From the NCBI GenBank assembly GCA_052426225.1, contig JBNJNM010000011.1:4278001-4342000 (forward strand): DNA of 64,000 nt. Reading direction: 5' to 3'. The translations under genes and the position numbers were made by a program. The DNA is from Zancudomyces culisetae HAW-14-8 (taxonomy: Eukaryota; Fungi; Kickxellomycota). Shown one piece after another: positions 25,354 to 34,861 of the stretch (position 1 is the first letter of the stretch; every line of letters starts with the position of its first letter). The notes under the pieces were generated by a model that did no database searches, was not told the DNA's origin, and worked only from the letters and a program-made list of their open reading frames with translations.

Positions 25354-28269
25354 ATGCCGGTGTTGTATTCAAATAAACTTAACCCTGGAAAAAAGAAGAG
25401 AGATAAGATAATTGGAAAAATACCAAGTGAACATATCCATATATGGAATATCAATGAAGCGCAAGAGCGGTTGAGTAGCACAACGGAAACATCGTTAGAA
25501 AACGCAGTAGAAATGAATGATACTTGGGAAGGTACAAACCAGGTCACTCCCAGCTTGAAAGAGGCTGTCCCCTTACAGGTATACAAAGGCAGCGTATCAA
25601 GAAATACAGCTTCTATGAATACGATTAGCCACTCAACCCATGATGCTGGTCATACTAGAAACCCAAAGAGGGGCCCTTATTGTGATGCCTTGACCAGTCA
25701 CAAAAACTTGGAGCTAGTGAATAAAACTGCGCCGAAGGTACGTGTATTAAATACTAATATTTACATGAACCTCGATGCAAGAGAACTGGAGTCAAAGGGA
25801 ATACCGCTTCCCGCGTTGGCAAACGATGATTATTTAGCTTTAGAAGAGTCAGGCCCAAGAAAAAAGGCAAGAGAACGCATTGATGATACATGTTGTAGTG
25901 AAACTATATATCCAACAACTTCGATGTTTATCCAAAATCCCGATGCGATGCAATCTAGGAATATCATAGAAAAAACTTTATCAAATCCACAAACTGTAGG
26001 TAAAAATTATTATGGCGCGTGTAGTTTTAGGGATAGCAACCCCACTCAAAAAAGATGCAGTGTTATGAACATATGCAATATAATTTCGACCGATGTTGAA
26101 GAAATTAAAGATAACCTGGAAATGTGTATATGTCAAGACTCCGTTGACAATAGTAACAAAGACATTTTTATAAGCAAAGTTGATATCAGGAACACAAATA
26201 ACTATGGTTTGGAAGGAGACTTCAAATATGAATGCATAGAAGACGTTCAGTCGAGTACTTCTAATAAATCGAATGGCATTTATAATAGTATATATAAGAA
26301 TGCTGGAATGATACATTCTACTGATTTAAAACCAACAAAGATAAAGAGGGATCCCTTTGGGCTTCATGATGCCCATGAGTATGTATTAATAAACACTGTG
26401 AGCTACAGATCACTGGATATAGGAGAGTATGATTGCAATATAGGGGTGGAAACGAACGTATATCGTGAATTAATAAAAGAGGCATTACCGCATCTCCAGA
26501 TAGGCAGCACCATGCTAATGTTGCCTACTAGAATTTCTGATTTTATGAAAAATCTTGAATCTAATAGGGTGCCCTTGTATATGTTGTACTCTTTGGTTCT
26601 GGTTGGTTCAAGATATATTCCTAGATACTCCGCTACCAAGTATCTTGATGATGACAAGCTGAGTGCGATTGCAGATAGGGTAGAAAAATACTTGTCAAAA
26701 AGATTTGATAAACCAAGACTAAATCATATTTGGTGTAGGTTGCTATTGGGTACATATTACGAGTTTATTGGGAAAGGATCTAGACTGGAGAAAAATGTCG
26801 AAATGGCTCTCAGTGCTGCAATACTAATGAAGTTGAATAACATAGACTCAAGCGAACGCTTCAAAAACCTCAAACCATTTGATAATGGGTACTTGGAAAC
26901 CGAGTTTAAAAGGCGAATTTGGTGGACAGTATTTCTAAAGCGCAGTTTTGTATATAAGAGCCTTTCTGAGAGATTTTACGGAGATATGAAAGACATTTTT
27001 CTAAAACTTCCAGCAAATGATTATTTTTGGACGAATAGTCCGATGGCTACACACAGTAGCTCCACGCTCAAAGCAAGTGAACCCTCACTGAAGTTGTGCA
27101 AAGCTTCTGAACTCAATCGGGGTAGCAACGGATGCCTTATTACTCTCAGGTGTAAGCTTGCAAAAATACAAAACAGTGTCTGCAACTTTGTCAATAAAAG
27201 ACAGTCTCTCTTAAAAAAGGATATGGATAAGGACTATTTTCTTTTCAATATGCTGATAGATCAACTCCAACAATTTACAACTGAGGTTGAAAATTTCATT
27301 AACGGAAGCCTAAAAAAAGCAATGCATTATAGAAACTTAAGCTACTTTTTGACGAACAGCATTGAAGTTCAAACATTACTTGTAAATGTAGCGACCCTCC
27401 AAATCAAAGTGCGTGAAGTTTGCACTATGTTATACATATCCGAAATAGCCCATTACAAAGCGCTAATGTTTAAACCTCAACGCGTCAAGGACGCTAAAAA
27501 AATCTGCATCGAAAACGCGGTCCAAACCGTGAAACTTTGTAAGTGGTGGTGGTCTAACCTACCCGTAGAATATTTCGATGGTGATCTGTGTTCAGCTGTT
27601 ACAAAATGTGGCTTTGTTCTTCTAAATGCGTTGTTTGTTACTGATTATCCAACCGCTCATAAAAACATCAAGAAAGCCTCGTTTATTCTTAAAATGACCA
27701 ATGAAGCTACCTTTGCGTCCCCCTATCTAAAGGTCGTTGGAAATATATTAAAATATGTATTTAAGGTTAAACGCTACTTTCATAAGAAAAACTCTATGCA
27801 TAAAACTATTCCTTTTCCACTACTTAACACCGCGGTCTCAAAAAAGGATGTATACCCCTGGTTTCTGCCACTGACTTCCACTTTATTGTCTCATTTCTAC
27901 TGTGCCGTTTCGTTCTCTTCAACACTCAATAAGAACTTTTTGCTGTCATATTATTTGGATCTCAAACCAATTGATTTATTTGACGCCGGTAATGAGACAT
28001 ACTTAAACATGTTTTCCGGCTTTGACGAGATGAAGCTTGACATCTATAGCTTTGCCGAATACGCTTCCGAAAATTGCAAATCTGAACCCATTTCGTCAAG
28101 ATTCTATTCAGATGCTTTGGAGGAGTGGGAATTTTTAATGAAAACCTTTGAAAGTCTATCAAAAAAGAATCATCTGGGTAATACATATCAAAAAAATTTA
28201 AAAAACAAGCTTGTCTCATTTGTAGAATCGATTTCTTTTAACAACACTGTTTTTAGAATCGTGGCGTAA
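25354..28269 (+). CDS. Fungal_trans (fungal TF middle-homology region) domain protein with no visible Zn2Cys6 cluster
   Basis: 971-aa single exon. ALSAAILMKLNNID...ETEFKRRIWWTVF...LKLPAND follows the characteristic MHR pattern. No CxxCx6Cx5-12CxxCx6-8C motif found. Confidence 0.75.
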   Translation: MPVLYSNKLNPGKKKRDKIIGKIPSEHIHIWNINEAQERLSSTTETSLENAVEMNDTWEGTNQVTPSLKEAVPLQVYKGSVSRNTASMNTISHSTHDAGHTRNPKRGPYCDALTSHKNLELVNKTAPKVRVLNTNIYMNLDARELESKGIPLPALANDDYLALEESGPRKKARERIDDTCCSETIYPTTSMFIQNPDAMQSRNIIEKTLSNPQTVGKNYYGACSFRDSNPTQKRCSVMNICNIISTDVEEIKDNLEMCICQDSVDNSNKDIFISKVDIRNTNNYGLEGDFKYECIEDVQSSTSNKSNGIYNSIYKNAGMIHSTDLKPTKIKRDPFGLHDAHEYVLINTVSYRSLDIGEYDCNIGVETNVYRELIKEALPHLQIGSTMLMLPTRISDFMKNLESNRVPLYMLYSLVLVGSRYIPRYSATKYLDDDKLSAIADRVEKYLSKRFDKPRLNHIWCRLLLGTYYEFIGKGSRLEKNVEMALSAAILMKLNNIDSSERFKNLKPFDNGYLETEFKRRIWWTVFLKRSFVYKSLSERFYGDMKDIFLKLPANDYFWTNSPMATHSSSTLKASEPSLKLCKASELNRGSNGCLITLRCKLAKIQNSVCNFVNKRQSLLKKDMDKDYFLFNMLIDQLQQFTTEVENFINGSLKKAMHYRNLSYFLTNSIEVQTLLVNVATLQIKVREVCTMLYISEIAHYKALMFKPQRVKDAKKICIENAVQTVKLCKWWWSNLPVEYFDGDLCSAVTKCGFVLLNALFVTDYPTAHKNIKKASFILKMTNEATFASPYLKVVGNILKYVFKVKRYFHKKNSMHKTIPFPLLNTAVSKKDVYPWFLPLTSTLLSHFYCAVSFSSTLNKNFLLSYYLDLKPIDLFDAGNETYLNMFSGFDEMKLDIYSFAEYASENCKSEPISSRFYSDALEEWEFLMKTFESLSKKNHLGNTYQKNLKNKLVSFVESISFNNTVFRIVA

Positions 28270-28995
28270 TGCTTTCCCCTTCTGCTTCATTTTTCTTACC
28301 ATTTGATAATACTCGCAAAGTGCCATGATATGCGCTTTGCTTATATAAAACAGCTTTTTTTTACTCTGTTCATTGTTTACTATTCCTGTTTTTTGCATTC
28401 AAACTCTATTTTAGTTTTAAAAGCGTTTATGATGAAATACAATAAGCTTGTTATACTTGCTAAAAAAAATTAAACATGCACGTGTCTTTTAGAGATTATT
28501 AGCTTGTTCAGATGACCCTCCCCCCCCAAAAAAAAAAAAAAACTTTGGTATATCAAGCGTGAACCCAAAAGAAAAATATTTGCACATTTTTTTCCATACA
28601 TATAGCTGCTAAAACATTTATCTTGACACGCGCCAGTATTTACTTTTTTGTAACTTGAATAATAGAAAGCCACCACCAATAGCTGGAATTACTACTTTTT
28701 TGACTACCCCACACTCCAAAAAGAATGAGTGAGACCACAGTAACCGTGGCTTTACTTTCTTTTAATTACTCTATTACCAGAAAGAAAGTGTTAGTTACTA
28801 ATAACTGCTTGTATGTAAATAGTTTGTATAAAAGTGTTAATCCAAACACGATAGCATTTTACAAAAAAAAAGGAAATTTTGTTAATGTATATAAACTTGT
28901 GCATGTTGGGATATAACGGATTTCTGTGATTATTTGATGCGAGTATTTCTATTGTTTAAAAAATAATAACAAAACAATAAAAACCATACAGAAAA

Positions 28996-29634
28996 ATGGT
29001 GGAAGGTGGTAAAAATCAAAAGAGCAAGACTGCTGATAGGTTTCTTGCTAATCATAGCTTCATGTTTAGCAAAAACTATGTAGATATTATAAAGAGCGGT
29101 GGTGACGTGAGTTATTACAATTATTTTATTGAAGACGCCTCATATAATATTCTTGGACATGTAAAAAATGTAATGACCATAATAACAGGTGAATTGGCGG
29201 ACGAAAACAGCACCATTATTAATCAAAGGATTATTGATAAGGATGGCAGATACCTATTTACGATTTCCAAAAAATACAATTATTTCGGGTCATATATAAA
29301 AGTCACAAACGCTGAATGTTCTAAACTCATTGGAATGGTCAAGATAGACAATAGTGTCGATAAAAACACAAAAATGACTCTCCATCTACAGAATGATGAT
29401 GATTATTTTTGTAGAGTTGTAAAAGACCCACTTAAACAAGACAGGTTGTTGCTATTGAATAAAATGGATATAGTACTGGCAAAAATCCAGGTGATAGATT
29501 TTGGTGCAAGCGTAGCGATCGGGTATTATAATTATGCAAATAGCATACCTGAAGTACCAGCATTAACCACGGAACAGAAAGCAACAGTTATTTCCGCAAT
29601 TCTCTACGATTTTATTTATGTCCTTGCGAGTTAA
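28996..29634 (+). CDS. Scramblase / Tubby-C-like domain protein, copy 1
   Basis: YFIEDASYNILGHV, IIDKDGRYLFTISK, LIGMVK and the C-terminal helix LTTEQKATVISAILYDFIY resemble the beta-barrel plus central helix of phospholipid scramblases. Confidence 0.6.
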   Translation: MVEGGKNQKSKTADRFLANHSFMFSKNYVDIIKSGGDVSYYNYFIEDASYNILGHVKNVMTIITGELADENSTIINQRIIDKDGRYLFTISKKYNYFGSYIKVTNAECSKLIGMVKIDNSVDKNTKMTLHLQNDDDYFCRVVKDPLKQDRLLLLNKMDIVLAKIQVIDFGASVAIGYYNYANSIPEVPALTTEQKATVISAILYDFIYVLAS

Positions 29635-31395
29635 AAGTCATTTTGAGGTGACTTTATTTGTTTTTTATACTTCGCTACATTGTAGAATAAAGTATAAGAA
29701 CCAGGCGATTGTAAGTATTAAAAAACTATTAGTGTTGGAGAGGACGAATACTTTTTAAAATACTCTTGTGTGTGATGAAATTACAAGTTTGACATTCTTC
29801 GTGATTATTTTTTGTACTACGAGGTTAGTTATCTTGGGCTTTGACACATGTAGCTGTAGTTTTATTCAGAATAACGAGCCACTAGAAATGCAAAAAAAAA
29901 AAGCAAAGGATATGATACTGTTGTCACATGGTATACTGTTAACTTTTTTGCTTCTTGCAACAAGCATTATTTTTATCCACACAAGAGTGTAATCACAAAG
30001 TCTTTCCGGCAAGTACATTATAAATTATGCTACGCACCTATTCCTTAAAAAAATATATATCCTAGTCTACTTACACATCAGGTTATATACTGGGTGATTA
30101 ACACACTCTCATGAAAAGAAAAACGATATTTAAACGTTTCCAGAAAGTTCAGGAATTATTCGAATATATAAGTAGAGTACAAAAGGGGTTTTATAAGCTA
30201 GATGTCTATCGATAAACAATAAATCCCAGTTCTGTTTCCCATGAACAAAAAAAAAGAAGAATCCCATGAGTTTGTGAATTATGGATGAAAAACGTGATTC
30301 GTGGTAAAAAAAAAAAAGGAATACTGAGTTATGAACAATCAAGAGGCATGATTTTCAAATATACTATCATAACCGAAGAGAATAGGTGTATTATTGCTTT
30401 AGGCGCGTTTACAAGAACTCATATCCCATAAATAACTTTTTTTTTTCATTAAAGCATCATTTTGGTAAATTCCGCATTATCCCAGAAAAAATACAAAAAC
30501 AAACATAGTGAACCAAATGAATTACCACACTGGATCAATGCTTATCACATGAGCGATATTTTACTCTACTTTGGTTTTTGCTTTGAACTTTGCAGACCTC
30601 CGTTTTTCGAAAAAGTATAATGTGTATTTTGAATATGGGGATATTGACTTTTAGAAATTTATACGTGACCATTCCAATCAGCCTAAACTAAACCCAAAAA
30701 TTTTCAAACATGGAAAATTGAAGTTCGCTATAATTTGAAGGCATACGTACGGAAAATACATCTGTAGCTCCTATGGTCAGGCTGTGAAACCAGAAATATA
30801 TACGTATCGTCCGTTTCTAAGCTGGGTGTTTTATTTTAGGCTAAAAAGTGTGGCTAACTTTAGGAAATCTTGCATTTGATTCCTAAGCACGTGCATTAGT
30901 TTTATACGTTTTAAAGAACGTATTATACCATCTCGAGAATTTTTGTATAAAAACCTCTGCTTGGTTCATAAACTATATGGCTAATACTAATGAATATCAC
31001 ACCTAGTGTAGAGAATTTTTCGATATTTATTTTTAAAGAAAAGCTTAAAAAGATCATGCCACATACTCTAAAAAAGGAATAATAGTACAATACTTCTATG
31101 CGAAAGAGAAAAGCATATGGCTGCGGCTTTGTATGTTATATTCATCCCATTCCGTATGTTTCCTTAACAAATATAATAAAAGCTCTAGTGTTTATTAGTA
31201 CAAACTAGTAGTGAGTATATAAATAGTTCTGATAACCGAATAGAAAGTAATAGTGAGAAAGGGTTATTAGTGATAGTTTAAATGTAATAGTTGTAAACAT
31301 TCGAGATTAATACTATTAGAATCGAAATTCGTCAAGTAGACATTTCTTATAAACTTAACAAGGCTATCTGATATACCTCAAATGATTAGCAAATA

Positions 31396-32016
31396 ATGAT
31401 GGTCAAACCCGTTAACGACGATTTCCCCTCTATAAGAAAAATACTGAGGAGCGACAACATTGCTATTATAAAAAATGAACAACTTAGCTCTTATACATTT
31501 TACTATCCTGGTGCGGTTCAGTATTGTATATGCGACTTTTCAAAAAACATACTAGGGTTTGTCAGAACAAATAGGGTTATGATGCTGAATTCCACAATAG
31601 AGGATAACATGTTTATAATAATTCTTGATGTTCTTGACGAGAACGGAATCAAAGTTCTTGAAATTATTAAACTATATGATGGTCGTCATAATTTAATCGA
31701 ATATATAGTACAGCTAAGTACTGGCGAAATAATTACTGGAAATATCAGATACACAACATCGCCGATTATAGTGAAAATTAAGACAAAAGGTGCACAAAAT
31801 CCCATAAACATTTATTATAACAGCGTGGATAAAGAATATTTAGGAGGTGACGAGGACAGTGGACTTATCGTTAGGTTTAAAGACCTTGAAGACCAGAAAA
31901 TAAAATTGGTCAGCTATATGCAGGTTGGAAATACATCTATGGCTACGAACAAAATCTATACGCGAGCTTGTCCAGGAATTCGACAAAGGGCCTCTATACT
32001 TGCATCGGTTCTGTGA
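31396..32016 (+). CDS. Scramblase / Tubby-C-like domain protein, copy 2 (3' end uncertain)
   Basis: YCICDFSKNILGFV, VLDENGIKVLEIIK and RQRASILASVL align in order with copy 1. Same length class and orientation. Confidence 0.55.
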   Translation: MMVKPVNDDFPSIRKILRSDNIAIIKNEQLSSYTFYYPGAVQYCICDFSKNILGFVRTNRVMMLNSTIEDNMFIIILDVLDENGIKVLEIIKLYDGRHNLIEYIVQLSTGEIITGNIRYTTSPIIVKIKTKGAQNPINIYYNSVDKEYLGGDEDSGLIVRFKDLEDQKIKLVSYMQVGNTSMATNKIYTRACPGIRQRASILASVL

Positions 32017-34319
32017 GAATATACTTTGTTAATTGCAAAGTATTTTGGTTTGTATTGTCTAGCATAACTCGTTTTTTTGTTAGCATTATCTTATAACATT
32101 GTTAATGGAATGTAGAGTTACTTATCAGAAAATATCTAATTGTACTATTATTTATTTATTTTTGGCGATATTGAGGAAATTTATAATTCGATAGTTCTGA
32201 GTCTCGGTGAGAAACTCATATACAGAAATCAATACAGCTTGCTGTTTTTTTTTTTTTTTCGTTTTTTTGGGGTAGTGACAAAGAGACTAAATAATGACGA
32301 GCAATACCTTGCAAGTTCAAATTGATATATGGCAATCTATCTTTTCATACAAAACAATTTATTAGAAGAATCTATACCTAACTCTATTTGGCATAGAATA
32401 AAGTAGCATATATTTTCCTAGCATCTTTGAGCGCACGCATTTAATCCTATAGAAATGGCAGGTATAAACTCAAAGTACAGCGTGACTCTGTCAAAATAGT
32501 AAAAAAGAGGAGTAAGAGTGAGATTGAGGAAAATATATAAAGTTAGAGACGAGCAACAATGAAACGAGGATTGTCAGTATATTCGTAATAGTGATAATAT
32601 CAAGTTGTGATGGAATGTAAACAGCGTACTAAGTAGAACAAAGACGAGGTGATAAAGCTAGATCCAGTTAATACGATTGACGCCGTGAAGGTTTCTGAGC
32701 AAAGATAGATTGTTCCAAATAAATGAAACTGGTCAGTTACGAAAGCAGGCATGAGTACGAAAAAGAATGCTTTCCACCGTGTATGTCGTTGAAATAACTG
32801 GATACTTGTTAGGAGATACAAGCTTCTCCATCACCTTTTTTCTATAACTATATTAATGGGCCGAGAAAGTTGCGAAAATAGCCGATAGTTTTCGGTTATT
32901 TCCTATTTGACTGTAGTACAAAATTCAAACAGTGGTATGTACAAGAAATGACGTTTTTATCACCAGTTTTTAAATTGTGTATATTACGATTCAATTTGCC
33001 CTTAATAAACACGCTTTTTTATGCTCTAACATTGGAAGAAACTACGACAATTGGTTAAATGGGGGTAATTTGACAAACTTTAAAACATAACTTGGTATGT
33101 TTTTAGTTGAAGTTTCATGTCGAAACTGATTATTAATCCTAAAGCAAACTGTATGAATCATTGAAAAAAAAATCATACAAGGTTTATAAATTAGGCTTAC
33201 ATATTAATTAAAGTTTGCCTATTAATGCACATGTCAAAGCATACTTAAAGACCGTCGTTATGTGCTATAGACGTTACTCATAGCTCACTTGGTCCACTAC
33301 TCCCCATTACATATTACCATATTCTCAAACATATAAGGGATATCATAACAAATTACCGGATCAGATTTATGTCGCATATGCTCTCAATTAGCCGAAGTTG
33401 ATGAGACAGGGGAATGTACTCTAAATTTTTTTTAGTTGAAACATTTTGCTCTGGTTGATATTTTCATTTCATAAAATCGGAATCTGATTATATAACAGCT
33501 ATCAATTAGCAACTCGGACCTTGCAGCTTACAAAACAGTGACATAATCAAAATACCCAATGGGTGTGGTTGATACATAAAGTAGCTCTAACACCATCAAT
33601 TTTTTGTTGTTTTCTTTAGTCCTGAAAGTTTAGTGTTATTAACAGAATTCAAATTTCCAAAAATTTTTTTCTTTGAATTTAACCTAAAATAAACAAATAT
33701 AGTAGATTGAAAATATTCGTATATTAGCATTACAAAATCATCATTGGATTTGAAGAAATGATAATCATAAACAACCATAATATCCAACCAAAATATATGT
33801 AAAGAAAACACATTCAACCATAGTTGCACAGAAACAAAGCTAATAAAATATTACATAACATATCAAGTTGTTATGAGCTTGCACATTTACTCGCAATTAA
33901 AAGCTGACTAGATTATGGAGAGCCAAAGCCCAAACACGAGAGAGATTTTGCTCAGTTTGTTTGTATTTGCACTAAAAATAGTGCCAGTAAATGTAACTCG
34001 TATTAGTTTGTTTTCCGCGTATTTATTTTTTATCCACTTTTATTGCCTTTTTTTCAACACTTTCAACACATTTTTCGACACATTTTTCGATGCTTTTTTC
34101 GCTTTATTTTTTACCATTATTCCAGTAGGTTCTGTTTATCACTTTTGATCTACTAAATTACGTTATTTGCTAAAGTAAAAAGTAACGAAATTTAAAACCA
34201 AAATAAATCAATCAAATCAATCAAATCAAAATCAATTAAAAAACAGCGAGATTGCAATGACACTAACTCTACCAAAATACCCTTACATAAATATATCACA
34301 GTATAGCCAAACAGTATTA

Positions 34320-34734
34320 TAACCTGATGCACAAATGAGGGCTGGTCACAAATCAGGTTAGATGGTTGAGGCAAATCGAGCAGTGATTGTGGAATGAGCT
34401 TTTGTAATTTTAAAAAACAGAATCACAGATTTCGAACACAAACACACAGAGCTAACGCAAAACAAAAAAAAGGGGGAAAGGTGAAGAAGGAAAAGCCAGT
34501 TGGCTGGTCAAAGACTAGTGCCGAAAATAACCAAATCAGGTTATGGTACAATGTGATCCACAAACAGTGCACTAGTTGAGTTATCTTGAAAGCAGCTGTC
34601 TTATTACCATATTCCATAATGTTTGATTTTTTAGCTTGCTATAAGAAAAAAAGGAAGCAATGGGAAAAGTATAAATTCCCTTTGTGTTGCTCTATTTCTT
34701 CAAACTGCAAAACATCCTTTCCTTTTTTTGTGGC
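34320..34734 (+). promoter_or_regulatory. Putative upstream regulatory region of the GH3 gene: cluster of CRCAAA (Ndt80/MSE-like) sites and repeated ATCAGGTTA
   Basis: CRCAAA at 34330, 34347, 34437, 34456, 34559 (+) and 34681, 34727 (-). ATCAGGTTA at 34320 (-), 34352 and 34535. GGCTGGTCA occurs twice. Confidence 0.4.
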
Positions 34735-34861
34735 TATTCTATTCCCCTACTTAATAGATCTAATAGACTAGTTTATACTACAACTCAGCCAGTCAAAAAT
34801 ATTAGTGAGACTTTACGTTTCCGTTTGATAAATAATATTCGTTTTATATTACTGTAGCACA

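Noticed and set aside
32290-32332. ATGA...GA segment as a SECIS for the TGA at 32014
   Set aside because: Helix II pairing and the apical AA spacing do not fit the SECIS consensus, and it lies well past the likely 3' end.
34050-34236. Short tandem repeats (TTTTCGACACAT-like 12-mers and AAATC/AATC runs) upstream of nagZ
   Set aside because: Simple slippage repeats. The small ORFs they create (33915..34148, 34192..34374) are not credible.
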